The notes: generated by a model not told the origin, from the sequence alone. Counted from the first letter of the stretch, positions 18,915 to 29,033 are shown. The stretch is DNA of 40,458 nucleotides from Pseudomonadota bacterium (GCA_043825735.1 JBDRRP010000066.1:1-40458); one strand, 5' to 3'. Program-made: numbers and translations.

Positions 18915-19166
18915 TTAATCTGAAAGCGCTTTTTGCTCAGCAACAGAGATATGAAACGCTTGATGTATAAGGGCGCCTATAATCGCTCCGAATATCGTAG
19001 CCACACTGGACAATAGCATCGAAAGAATGGCATATAACATTGGTAATGCAGCAACCGCAAACAACACTGCGAGACGTTTTACTAATTTACGTTCGCGATT
19101 GCCTATCATCATTCCGAGCCATCCTGTCATGGTCCCGGCCGCTATTCCCCCGATAAAATCTATCAT
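18915..19166 (-). CDS. Small membrane protein (about 3 TM), 83 aa
   Basis: GGAGG RBS upstream; three hydrophobic, Gly-rich segments. Confidence 0.6.
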   Translation of the reverse strand: MIDFIGGIAAGTMTGWLGMMIGNRERKLVKRLAVLFAVAALPMLYAILSMLLSSVATIFGAIIGALIHQAFHISVAEQKALSD

Positions 19167-19619
19167 TAACTTCGACCTCCGTAGACGTTTTAAATGTAAT
19201 TCCAGAATATAAAAATATTGTTATTAATGGTAATGTTATTGCCACGATATAATTCTTAGAATATTCAATATAATCAAAATTCAGTTCACCTGCTGACATT
19301 TTACTATCGGTTTCTATGGAGCTATATTTCAGTAGAACAACGAGATTAAAGAACCCAATGCAGGACTTATTATCCAAATGAATCTGATCATTATGGGCGA
19401 TTAGTTGTTGCTTGGTAGCAATATTGTATAAAATGGGAGGCGTTGCTGGGTAGCCTATGTTCGGCGAGAGTAGGAGAGGGGCTACCCTGATAGTCAACGC
19501 CGAAAAGGATATTAGAGCGTTCATAAAAGAATGTCGAAAAAAAGTCAATAAAAAACTCAAAACAGTTTGAATGGGCAAAAATATTGCCTATCGGGTTGTA
19601 AACACTTCAGGATTTAAGG

Positions 19620-19755
19620 TTGATGGTCATGTAAAAAAATAGCATTTTCTCTTTTTTTGTCATCCCGGCGAAGGCCGGGATCCCGTGAGTACAAATACTT
19701 CTGGGCACCGCTCTTGGCAGGGGACGGCTTTCCGGACTTTTTACGGCTTCATCAA
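19620..19755. repeat. MITE/REP-like palindromic element
   Basis: Inverted termini TTGATGgtcatGTAAAAA (19620) and TTTTTACggcttCATCAA (ending 19755) enclose the GTCATCCCGGCGAAGGCCGGGATCC hairpin (19659-19683). Confidence 0.65.
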
Positions 19756-19790
19756 GTTTACTTACAAAAAATTCCAGATCTCTGCCCGAA

Positions 19791-20594
19791 TTACTGGCAG
19801 TATGCTGGAACACCGAGACCGATTTTCCGGATTTCACGCGCTGAATCTACGGTGATCCCCAGGGGAGGGTTATTTCCCGGGAAATTATCGTGGAATTCTT
19901 TTACTTTGGTCACAAACACCGCGGCAGTGGAATCATAATAGCCAAAGGCTTTTTTGGCGTTGGTGCAGTAGTAGTCGTGCATGCCCGGGTGGGAGACCAG
20001 GCGCTCATCCTTTCCGATGGCCAATATTTTTTGGACCACCGGTTTCGTTTGGTTCAGCGCATCGCTTATTTTACCCATGGTCTCGATTTCTTTGGGTGTC
20101 TCGGCATTGTCGGTAAAATTTACACTGGCCAGCACGCCGGATAACCCGTTTCCGTTGGCATTGGCCTCCAGGCCGGCGAAGGGAATCACGAGACGCAGAA
20201 ACAGGCAGTCGCGATCAGGCGCGTTATCGCCCAATTGGCTGCACAATTCACTGCCCGCATCGGACACTTCGAACAGTTCGTTGACGACTTCGGGGTTGCC
20301 GCTTCGCCAGTAAGCTGTCGCTGCGATGCGATAATAGGCGATGGCGTCGGGTTTTTTGCCTTGAATGGTTCTCAATGCGTCCGCTTCATCTTTGGCGTGG
20401 GCCGCCAGGCCGCTGAGGTACATCGCAGCGCCGGCCTGATCATTGGGGCGCACTTCAACCAGAAGGCGGGTCAACTCGTTGTCGGTGCGGATGAGATCCG
20501 ATGCGCGTCGCACATCGTCTACCGTCGCGCAGCCAGTAGACAGCACCAGGAAAAAGGCAATCGCGAATCGGGCCGTGCGCTTTTTCATGATCAT
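19791..20594 (-). CDS. Putative lipoprotein, alpha-helical (TPR-like segment)
   Basis: MKKRTARFAIAFFLVLSTGC lipobox; DAIAYYRIAATAYW helix; four further Cys; GGAGG RBS; 5 nt from the upstream stop. Confidence 0.85.
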   Translation of the reverse strand: MIMKKRTARFAIAFFLVLSTGCATVDDVRRASDLIRTDNELTRLLVEVRPNDQAGAAMYLSGLAAHAKDEADALRTIQGKKPDAIAYYRIAATAYWRSGNPEVVNELFEVSDAGSELCSQLGDNAPDRDCLFLRLVIPFAGLEANANGNGLSGVLASVNFTDNAETPKEIETMGKISDALNQTKPVVQKILAIGKDERLVSHPGMHDYYCTNAKKAFGYYDSTAAVFVTKVKEFHDNFPGNNPPLGITVDSAREIRKIGLGVPAYCQ

Positions 20595-20599
20595 ACCTC

Positions 20600-22462
20600 C
20601 TATGCTGACAGGGCCTCGTCAATTTCCTGATCGGTGGGTAGTGTGCCGGTTGCAAGGACGCTCCCGATGAAGACAGCCAAGAGGTTTAACAACCCCTCAC
20701 TGCCATATTTATCCGGGTTTTTGGACGCGTCCGACAAAAGTTTCTGCAGAAACTGGTCAACGACTTGTGGATCCTTGGCCACTGCAGTCACGTTGCCCGA
20801 GAGCGCCTCGATCACTATCGCGATGGCCGTTTCCAGTGTCTCGCCAAAGAGCAGTTGCGGTTTTGATCGACCGCCGGCGGTCCAGGCCTTGCCGGCCACG
20901 GTCAGCACCGACGTGATGACCGTCACCGCCAACGCATCTTCCAGTTCGCCGGTGGACAGCCCGAACAACCGGCCGGGATTGGAAGCCGCTTTCTGTGCGG
21001 CAATGCCTGCTATTTTTATCCATTCGTCGGCCGATAGCAGCAGATTGTCATCGGCGGCCATGGCCTCCGCCATACCGGCGACGATCACTTGCACCTCCGA
21101 GCGCTGGAGGCCCAACATGCCGGGCGTTTTGGCCGCTTGCTCCAGAACCACCCGCCCGAGTTCGAGCAGTTGCGCATCGCTGAAGGCTTTTAAGGCGCCT
21201 TTGGGCAGGCCGCCATCGTCCAGGTCGCTTAAGGCCTTTGACAGCCCCGTCGTGAACTGTGCCAATGCGGTCACAGCGACTTTTTCCCACGGTTCGTTCG
21301 GATTTAGCCGGAGGAGTGCGGGAGCACTGCGCCCTACCGTTTCAACGGCCATGGCTGCCAGCGAAGCCCCGATGGGGCCTTTAAAACGCGGGTTCGCGCG
21401 CAATATCGCGGCCGTGCCGCTGATCAGTTCTTTAAACAGTGCGCTTTTAGCGGTATCGTCATCCCCAATGAACAGGCCGGGTCTATCCACCGCCACGCCG
21501 AGTCCAGCCTGATAGAGGCGCACGATGCCCTGCTCGCTGAAGACGTCAACGATAGATCCGCCATGCGCCGTCGAAGTGATCTCTTCAAACAAAGCGGATG
21601 TTACCGAGCCAAGCGCCTTGTCGTTAGCGAAGTCTTTACCCAGATAGGTCTCGGTGTTCTCGGCGAGCAACCTGAAGGCCGCTTCAGCCGAGGGACCCGC
21701 CAAGGCATCGACAAGATCGCGATAGTGGATCTGCTCAGCAATGCCGTTCGGGAGCGCATCGACGATGGGTTTGGCAACCCCCGTAAAAAGGTTGGCGATA
21801 TCCTCGTCTTTAAAAACGGTCGCGGCGTTGCTTGAAAGGGTCCCCAGTCCGGCCCTGAGAAAAATACCCAACACACGGTCGGCGAAGTCCGCCTTGGGTC
21901 CAAACGTGACGACATCATCCGGAATGAGCGCCGACATGTTTTTTGCAAAGGCAACAATGAGCTTTTCGCCGCGGCTGCCAACGCCGAGAATGGACGGGTC
22001 CGAGGAGACATATTCCAGCCCGATGTCGGTCAGCGTCAGAGCCATCCGGATAATCGCACTGGGCGGCTTGCGCTCTTCGCGCCATTGCTCGATCATGCGG
22101 CCGCCCGATAACATCTCCGCCTCGCGTATAGCGGCATCATCACTTTTGCCGTCGCTGAGCAGTTGAAGCTTTGCTTTGTGCTTCAGCATGACGGCATAAG
22201 CCGCATCGATCAGTTCCGCCTTCGTTGTGGTGAGCTCCCGGTGTGTGCTGTCCCACATGGCGGCAAATTCAGGATCACTTGCGGCCAGTTGCTGGTTTTC
22301 CATGAGGAACTGATGCAACTGAACCGACCGTGATCCGGGGGGCAGTTCCAGGTTCGGAAGGAACACCTTGCGATCGCGTGCATGCTCTCCGTAAAGGTCC
22401 GCTCCCGCCTGCGCGGCGCGAAGGCTAGCTTGAATCCCAAAAACAATTAATGCAGGGTTCAT
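20600..22462 (-). CDS. Hypothetical alpha-helical repeat protein, 620 aa
   Basis: Long ORF with GGAG RBS, Ala/Leu-rich, carrying a degenerate repeat of about 57 aa. Confidence 0.85.
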   Translation of the reverse strand: MNPALIVFGIQASLRAAQAGADLYGEHARDRKVFLPNLELPPGSRSVQLHQFLMENQQLAASDPEFAAMWDSTHRELTTTKAELIDAAYAVMLKHKAKLQLLSDGKSDDAAIREAEMLSGGRMIEQWREERKPPSAIIRMALTLTDIGLEYVSSDPSILGVGSRGEKLIVAFAKNMSALIPDDVVTFGPKADFADRVLGIFLRAGLGTLSSNAATVFKDEDIANLFTGVAKPIVDALPNGIAEQIHYRDLVDALAGPSAEAAFRLLAENTETYLGKDFANDKALGSVTSALFEEITSTAHGGSIVDVFSEQGIVRLYQAGLGVAVDRPGLFIGDDDTAKSALFKELISGTAAILRANPRFKGPIGASLAAMAVETVGRSAPALLRLNPNEPWEKVAVTALAQFTTGLSKALSDLDDGGLPKGALKAFSDAQLLELGRVVLEQAAKTPGMLGLQRSEVQVIVAGMAEAMAADDNLLLSADEWIKIAGIAAQKAASNPGRLFGLSTGELEDALAVTVITSVLTVAGKAWTAGGRSKPQLLFGETLETAIAIVIEALSGNVTAVAKDPQVVDQFLQKLLSDASKNPDKYGSEGLLNLLAVFIGSVLATGTLPTDQEIDEALSA

Positions 22463-22482
22463 AATATCTCCTGTCTTGGATG

Positions 22483-23580
22483 CTATAGGCGCAGAGCTTT
22501 TGGCCCTAAAAATGCGTCCGGTTCAGCACATGTGCCGTCTAGTATGCGATTGGTGCGAATAACGCTTTTGAAGGCACTTTTAGGATCTTCCGCGGCCCCT
22601 ATCCCGCCACCCCTTGGTGATTCGCCCTCCTTTTCGGGATCATCTGTCGACGAGGGTTGCCGAACCAGCGCGCCGGCGACCTGGTTGATCGGAGTCAGCC
22701 GTTTGACGACGTCGTACCAGAACGGTCCTCCGAGGCCGATCAGCAAACCGGTAAGGATGGTGGTGATCACCCACACGAACCAGTCTGGCGCGTCCATTGT
22801 TTTTTCAGTTGTTTTTTCGGCATTTTTCTTTGATTTATCTATCGTGGATACATTTCCATTGTACCATGTAAACGGCCAGCCGATTGGCAGGCCCATTTCT
22901 ATCGTATCCGCCACCGAAGTCTTGAGTCTGTCGACGCTTTCCTTCAAACTTTTCATGTCGGCATCAACATCTGTCGTATCCGCGTCATTTTTATCGATGG
23001 TCGCTGCCAGCGACTTGGCCTGAATCTGGTAAGAAGTCATTGCTTGTTCGGCCTGAAGGGCTACCTTTCGAGCCAGGGTCTCGTTTTGTAGAAACGCCTT
23101 GAATATGATCACGCCGTTGATGTTCAGACACAAAGCGACAAGGACCGAGACGAGGACCGTACCGATCTGAGAATATTTGCGAAACCACACACTGGCCTGG
23201 CGACCGTATTCTTCGTAGCGTACTGCGATTTCTTCGATCAAGGCATCGACTTCAGTGTCGACCCTCTGGGATATGCCTTTTCCGATCTCGGTGTCGGCGA
23301 GCCTGCGAATGAATTCGAGGGTGGTCACATTGGAGTCACTGCCCTTTAACGTGATCTTATCGATAAATTCAGGCATATCCTCACTTGCAGCTTTCTCCCG
23401 CTTGAGCATGACCTGAATGCGTTGCTTCACCTCGCCCGTATAAAAGGCCTGGAGCATTTTCTTGAGTCCGATGCGGCGCATACCCAGCACCTTATGTATT
23501 ATTTCAACGACCATTGTCGCGAGGGTCGCAAACATGAGCATGCTGACTGCAATGGCAAGGGCTATCTGCAACACATTCAT
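22483..23580 (-). CDS. Membrane protein of unknown function (3 TM plus coiled coil)
   Basis: N-terminal TM; RQASVWFRKYSQ..VALCLNING TM; coiled-coil-like segment; LPIGW; ILTGLLIGLGGPFWYD. GGAGG RBS. Confidence 0.85.
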   Translation of the reverse strand: MNVLQIALAIAVSMLMFATLATMVVEIIHKVLGMRRIGLKKMLQAFYTGEVKQRIQVMLKREKAASEDMPEFIDKITLKGSDSNVTTLEFIRRLADTEIGKGISQRVDTEVDALIEEIAVRYEEYGRQASVWFRKYSQIGTVLVSVLVALCLNINGVIIFKAFLQNETLARKVALQAEQAMTSYQIQAKSLAATIDKNDADTTDVDADMKSLKESVDRLKTSVADTIEMGLPIGWPFTWYNGNVSTIDKSKKNAEKTTEKTMDAPDWFVWVITTILTGLLIGLGGPFWYDVVKRLTPINQVAGALVRQPSSTDDPEKEGESPRGGGIGAAEDPKSAFKSVIRTNRILDGTCAEPDAFLGPKALRL

Positions 23581-23949
23581 TTTCGCCTCCCGATTTTTTG
23601 ATATGATTCAAAGCGGGGAAACATTGTTGATTAAAGTATAAAACGAAATCATATCAATCCTGAAATCCGGATTAGAACCGGCTTAGAATGGAAACAGTTT
23701 CGTTTATGCCGAGTGACTGTTGCTTGGGCAGCAGCATCTCTGAAACCGGCAGAGCAAATAGGCAGCGTGGATTTGAAGGGAGAAGGATAGGGCTACCTCG
23801 AGTGTCACCGGCGACCATATCTATTTGAGCGGTCATAAAAAATCTGAAATTAAAAGTCAATAAAATTGTTATAAAAGGTATCGCCGGCAAAGTGTGGAGC
23901 AATTAGTGCAAGGATAATTCGGAAGGACGTTTGTTATCGGTGGTTTTTC

Positions 23950-23986
23950 ACCTTCACCCCGGCCCTCTCCCATCAAGGGTGAGGGA
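23950..23986. repeat. REP-like palindrome (CCCTCTCCC...GGGTGAGGG type)
   Basis: ccttcaccccggCCCTCTCCCatcaaGGGTGAGGG imperfect hairpin in intergenic DNA. Confidence 0.55.
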
Positions 23987-24126
23987 GCAAGAGGCTTCCC
24001 ATGGATGGAGACGAGTTGGTGCGATTGACGACCACGCGTAATTGGCATATTCGGGACCTGTTTCCTAAGGCGGTGATTTGTTGCGGGTCCAACTGTTACA
24101 GGCGGTTTTGGAGCCATTCCTTGGAC

Positions 24127-25200
24127 ATGAATCTTTCGGTCATCATTCCCACATTGAATGAGGAGGCCTGGCTGCCGCGGTTGCTGGCTGATCTCCAGCG
24201 CCAGCAGGAAGTGACTCTGGAGGTGATCGTCGCCGACGGCGGGTCCACGGATCGCACCCTCGATGCGTGCCGGCCCTATGAGCCAATCATTGTCAGTGCG
24301 CCCCGGGGTCGCGCGCGGCAGCTCAACGCCGGGTTTAAGGCATCGACCGGCGAGAACCTGCTGTTTTTGCATGCCGACTCGAGAATCGAAGATCCGTACC
24401 TGTTGAGAAATGCCCTCCGGCGCTGGGAATCGGTCATTTCAACGGCAGGCTCCGATGCCGTGGCCGGGCACTTTCCCCTGAAGTTCGTGCGGTCCGGTAC
24501 CGGCAACGCCATGTCGTTTCGGTATATGGAAGGCAAGACCCATTTCAACCGGGTCAATACCACCAACGGCGATCAGGGGTTTTTGCTGAAGCGATCATTT
24601 TTCGAGAAACTGGGCGGATTCGATGAGGGGCAGGAATTTCTGGAAGACCAGAAACTGGCTGAGAAAATTCGAAGGCACGGCATTTGGATCACCCTGCCCG
24701 GGCGGCTGCTGACTTCCGGGCGGCGGTTCGAAGCTGAAGGGGTCCACCGGCGTTATACGTTCATGAGCATGATCATGGCGCTGCATACCACCGGGCGCAT
24801 GGAATTTTTCGACAGGGCCAAAAAGATCTATGCCAGTCAGGGCGAGACGGGGCACCTGCGGCTGAAGCCGTATTTCAAGGCCGTCGCCACGATGTTCATT
24901 AAGGATCTGGGATTTTTTAGAAGTTTTGCGGCGTGGTTTTATATCGGCCGATACATCCGGCAGAACTCATGGCAGATGTTTTACTTTTTCGATGTGCTGC
25001 TCGGGACTCATGAACGCACCGGGCGCTATCCGCTGCTGGCGTTTCACGATACCTGCTTCTGGCCGCTCACCGACAATTCCCTCTGCGATGCCATCACGGC
25101 GATGGTCTCATTCGTTTGGTTCATGCTCGTTCTCGCACCGTATTACACCGTCGTTGATTCGCTCTGGCCCGAAGGGTGCCGAATCGATCCCGTGGCGTAA
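24127..25200 (+). CDS. Glycosyltransferase family 2 (TIGR04283-like)
   Basis: SVIIPTLNEE, VADGGSTD, GRARQLNAG, LLFLHAD, NGDQGF, LEDQ and TSGRRF motifs. Start set at MNLSVIIP. Confidence 0.88.
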   Translation: MNLSVIIPTLNEEAWLPRLLADLQRQQEVTLEVIVADGGSTDRTLDACRPYEPIIVSAPRGRARQLNAGFKASTGENLLFLHADSRIEDPYLLRNALRRWESVISTAGSDAVAGHFPLKFVRSGTGNAMSFRYMEGKTHFNRVNTTNGDQGFLLKRSFFEKLGGFDEGQEFLEDQKLAEKIRRHGIWITLPGRLLTSGRRFEAEGVHRRYTFMSMIMALHTTGRMEFFDRAKKIYASQGETGHLRLKPYFKAVATMFIKDLGFFRSFAAWFYIGRYIRQNSWQMFYFFDVLLGTHERTGRYPLLAFHDTCFWPLTDNSLCDAITAMVSFVWFMLVLAPYYTVVDSLWPEGCRIDPVA

Positions 25201-25220
25201 CCGCGCGACGGCGGTTCTTG

Positions 25221-28200
25221 TCAATCGACCGCTGCGAGTCCTACGCCCTTGATGGTTTTTACGTTGGAGAATATTTGAGCCAAAGCCCCGTCAAGTTCCT
25301 TTAGAAGTGACACTGCCCTTCCGGTGTCGGCATTCTGGCAGGCCTCTTCAAGCGCCTCGGCCGTGGTTCTGAGATCCGTTGCCGATATATTGGCTGCCGC
25401 GCCCTTGAGGGAATGGGCCTTTTTCCTGGCAGCATCAAAGCTCTTTTTTCCAATCAGTTCCGAGAATTCGGGAACGATGTCCTTGTACAGGTCGCAATAG
25501 GATTCCAGGATATCGACATACAAATCCCAGGAGCGTCCGACTCTGATCAGCGCCGACTCGATGTCCATTCCCGGCAGATGTTCAGGATAACTGTCATTGG
25601 GGTCTTCCTCCCCAGCGGCCGGTGATGGTGCTCCGGCGCAGGGCGCGGACGGAGTGACGTATTTACCTATGGTGTCAAAGAGTTCATCGGGGCTGATGGG
25701 TTTGGACACAAAATCGGTCATCCCGGCGGCGAGACACTTCTCGCGGTCTCCCGACATGGTGTGCGCTGTTATGGCAATGATCGGCAGATCGGTTATCCCA
25801 TGGTTTTCACGCAACACCCGCGTCGCCTCCCTGCCGTCCATTTCGGGCATTTGAATATCCATCAGCACCATGTCGTAGGGCTTGTTGATCACGGCCGCCA
25901 CGGCCTTTTTACCATTGTCCACGACATCCGGCACGATGCCGCAGAGCTTGAGAATCTCTACGGCCACGCGCTGGTTGATGGGGTTGTCTTCGGCGAGCAG
26001 TACCGAGCAGGCTGAAAAGTCGGGTCGCAACGGTGTCTCGGGAACCGGTTTGGTGACGCTTTTTTCGCGGTATCCGAATACCGACAGGATCGCGTCACGA
26101 AGTCCGATTGGCCGGATGGGTTTGATCAGGTAGTGATCGATACCCGCATTCTGGGCGCGCTTGATGTTGTCCGGGCCCCCCGAAACACTGATGCATATCA
26201 CCGGGACGGGGCGCTCCGGTGTCATATCGCGGATTTCCTTGGCCGCTTCGATGCCATCCTTATCCGGCAGACCGACATCCATTAACACCAGCCCGTAGGG
26301 ATCAGCTTCCAGCCCCGCAGAAAACAGCGCCACCGCTTCGCCGGCGGAGGGCGCTGTCACCGGGCGGCAGTCAAATGAAGCCACCATTCGTTTGACCACT
26401 TGGAGGGTGATCCGGTTGTCATCAACAATGAGCACCCGCGTGTTACGGATTTTGTCCGGGACAGACAATCTGGCTTTGCGGCTGTCGCCGGCGACTCCGA
26501 AGCACGCTGAAAAACAGAATGAACTTCCCTTGCCGGGAGTACTTTCCACCCAGATGTCCCCGCCCATCAGGGTGACGATGCGTTTGCTGATGGCCAGTCC
26601 AAGGCCGGTGCCGCCATATTTGCGGGTTGTGGAGCCATCGGCCTGGGTGAAGACATCGAAGAGGCGGGTTTGCATTTCCGGTGCGATCCCGATGCCCGTA
26701 TCGCGCACGCAGAAGAGCAGTTCGATCGAATCGGCATGGCGCGCCTTCGTTCTAACGGAGAGGTGGATTTCTCCCCGATCGGTAAATTTTACGGAATTGG
26801 ATACCAGGTTGATGATGACCTGTCGTGTTCGCAGCGGGTCGGAGATAACCGTATCCGGAACGTCATCGGCGATGTCGATGATCATTTCCAGGTCGGCCCG
26901 CGACAGTCTTTCAATGAACATGTCGGGAATTTCGGCGATGGTTTGCCGCAGTGAGAAGGCGGTTCTTTCAAATTGGAGTTTGTCCGCTTCGATCTTTGAA
27001 AAATCAAGAATGTCGTTGATCAGATCCAGCAGCGATCTGGATGATGAGCGGATAATTTCCAGATATTCATTTTGCTTCCGGTTCAGCTTTGTACTCAACA
27101 TCAGATCGCACATACCGACGATGCCGTTCATGGGCGTTCGGATTTCGTGGCTCATGTTGGCCAAAAACTCGCTTTTGGCGATATTGGCGGCTTCAGCGTC
27201 CTTGGCCAGTTTTTTGGCCTTTTCGATGGCGGACTCGAGTTCTTTTTTAGACTCCTCCAACATGGCGGTGCGCTCGGTGATGTGCAGCTCCAGACTTTCG
27301 TTGAGCTCGCGCAACTCATCTTCGACCGTCTTGCGATTGGTGATGTTGTGAAGGGCGATCACGCGGCCCAGCAGTGTGCCGCTTTTGTCCTTGAGTTTGG
27401 TGACGCGCACGTCGAATACGCGTTTTTCACCATCTATTGTGAGTCGCACTTCGATCGGTTGCGGCGCATCCGATAACTCATGGAGGGGATGATATGCCTT
27501 GAAAACATCCCTGGCCGGCAGACCGCTGACAGCCGAGATGGTGGTGGCAAACATCGATTCCGCAGCCGGGTTCATGTCCAGGACCCGTCCCTTGACATCG
27601 AGCACCACGACGACGTCGTCCAGGCCGCGGAAGATCTCCGTTCTGGCTACCGGCAGGATGTCCAGCAGGTGATATCGGAAAAAGCCCCAGGCCAGGGTCG
27701 CCGCCACCAGCGTGAACGCGATCGGGCCGGTATCCATATTGGGTACCGGGCTGTTTCCGGTGACGTAGATGATATTGTTCAGCCAGACCACTGTCAGGGC
27801 CACCAGAAACACGATGGCCTGAGCCCGGTGAACGGCCTGAGTCGATACCACCTGGTGGATCAATAAGATGGTTGCCGCCGCCAGGAGCAGGTAGTGGTAT
27901 GAAATGATGGTCCACCACAGCGGACCGTGTTTGAGCCCCAGCATGGGGAACGGTCCGGTATCGATGGTATAGTGGTAGGTATACACGAGGTGGTGGATGG
28001 GGTTGGTCCACACAGCCGCGATGATGGCTGCGGCGATGGCAAGAAGCAGAAGCCGCCAGGTCCGCGTGATCCAGTTTTCAAACCCGAAAACGGACAGAAC
28101 GCACAGCAGCGACATCGGTACGATGGTTGCGACGCCCAGGTACTGGAGTCGGGTGATGACCATGTTGGTGGATGTGTCCAGGCCCAGGTAGAGCATCCCT

Positions 28201-28352
28201 TCGGTGCCCGACCAGAATGCGGCCGCAAGGCAGTAGATTATCAAATACCACGCTCCGCGGGCATTGCGGCGGGGATAGGCGATGATGGCAACGGCAAATA
28301 TGAAGATCGCCGACAGGAAAAATGGCGTGCAGTATGCGATTCTGGGATCCAT
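25221..28352 (-). CDS. Hybrid sensor histidine kinase (HisKA_7TM-PAS-HisKA-HATPase-REC-REC-Hpt)
   Basis: Seven N-terminal TMs; [62 protein letters not shown]. Confidence 0.95.
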   Translation of the reverse strand: MDPRIAYCTPFFLSAIFIFAVAIIAYPRRNARGAWYLIIYCLAAAFWSGTEGMLYLGLDTSTNMVITRLQYLGVATIVPMSLLCVLSVFGFENWITRTWRLLLLAIAAAIIAAVWTNPIHHLVYTYHYTIDTGPFPMLGLKHGPLWWTIISYHYLLLAAATILLIHQVVSTQAVHRAQAIVFLVALTVVWLNNIIYVTGNSPVPNMDTGPIAFTLVAATLAWGFFRYHLLDILPVARTEIFRGLDDVVVVLDVKGRVLDMNPAAESMFATTISAVSGLPARDVFKAYHPLHELSDAPQPIEVRLTIDGEKRVFDVRVTKLKDKSGTLLGRVIALHNITNRKTVEDELRELNESLELHITERTAMLEESKKELESAIEKAKKLAKDAEAANIAKSEFLANMSHEIRTPMNGIVGMCDLMLSTKLNRKQNEYLEIIRSSSRSLLDLINDILDFSKIEADKLQFERTAFSLRQTIAEIPDMFIERLSRADLEMIIDIADDVPDTVISDPLRTRQVIINLVSNSVKFTDRGEIHLSVRTKARHADSIELLFCVRDTGIGIAPEMQTRLFDVFTQADGSTTRKYGGTGLGLAISKRIVTLMGGDIWVESTPGKGSSFCFSACFGVAGDSRKARLSVPDKIRNTRVLIVDDNRITLQVVKRMVASFDCRPVTAPSAGEAVALFSAGLEADPYGLVLMDVGLPDKDGIEAAKEIRDMTPERPVPVICISVSGGPDNIKRAQNAGIDHYLIKPIRPIGLRDAILSVFGYREKSVTKPVPETPLRPDFSACSVLLAEDNPINQRVAVEILKLCGIVPDVVDNGKKAVAAVINKPYDMVLMDIQMPEMDGREATRVLRENHGITDLPIIAITAHTMSGDREKCLAAGMTDFVSKPISPDELFDTIGKYVTPSAPCAGAPSPAAGEEDPNDSYPEHLPGMDIESALIRVGRSWDLYVDILESYCDLYKDIVPEFSELIGKKSFDAARKKAHSLKGAAANISATDLRTTAEALEEACQNADTGRAVSLLKELDGALAQIFSNVKTIKGVGLAAVD

Positions 28353-28445
28353 GACACCTTAACGCACTGGGATGCGTCTTATTCCCGGGTAGTTGGAATC
28401 ATCAGTGAGCCGATAATCTTGTCGACTCTTAAGAAGTCCTCCAAT

Positions 28446-28626
28446 CGTCATGCCGGACTTGATCGGGCATCCAGATGGGTTTGCAGCAGTCGGGATCCCG
28501 GCCTTTGCCGTGATTACGAACGACCGAAGAGCCGAAGTGGATCGTCATTCCAGGCTCCGCCCCGGCATCCAGAGTTGTGCTTTTATCGTCATGCCGGTTC
28601 CGGACGCGATCCTGGCCCGGCATTCC
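28446..28626. repeat. Cluster of CGTCAT-type REP palindromes
   Basis: CGTCATGCCGGACTTGATCGGGCATCCA (28446), CGTCATTCCAGGCTCCGCCCCGGCATCCA (28543), CGTCATGCCGG..CCGGCATTCC (28587), plus a degenerate inverted copy near 28493-28518. Confidence 0.7.
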
Positions 28627-29033
28627 TATAAAGTCCCATCCTGCTTTGGGAATTGGCCCTGATATGTCTATCCGGCCGCAAGGGTTGTTTAACGATTGAC
28701 TGAAATTGAAGGATATGCAGGAAAAACGGTTAGATGTCAATGAGGATGACGGGCGGGGCTTCTCATCGTGTTCCAAGGGCGCCCTCAACGACCCGTCCCC
28801 AACTGCCGCGCGTTGCCATCAGCTCCGCTCCTCACCCCTCACAGGGTGCCGGCTTGTTTCGGGATACGCACGATGAATTTAAAACTGTCGATCTATCAGC
28901 AATCGCATGTTTCAGGAGTCGTGAGGTATGATCTGGCTATTTCTGAAATTCTCAGGCATCAAAGAGACGTCACATTGAATGTGGCGCTATTTTCGGCAGT
29001 ACCGTTATTATCTGAACCAAGGAGTTATTATAT

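Noticed and set aside
19087..19578. 163-aa minus-strand ORF
   Set aside because: TTG start without an RBS, AT-rich, overlaps the RBS-supported 83-aa gene; probably intergenic.
20634..21512. 292-aa plus-strand ORF, and other long antisense ORFs such as 8440-9117 and 26392-27351
   Set aside because: Shadow frames of well-supported opposite-strand genes; Ser/Pro/Arg-rich and without motifs.
28446..28626. CRISPR array
   Set aside because: Repeats are degenerate, irregularly spaced REP-type palindromes, and no cas genes are seen in the window.
28760..28880. SAM-I riboswitch (CTCATC...GGTGCC...GATGA resemblance)
   Set aside because: The core AGA/GAGGG kink-turn and GCAACC elements are not in the expected places; kept only as an unassigned structured candidate.
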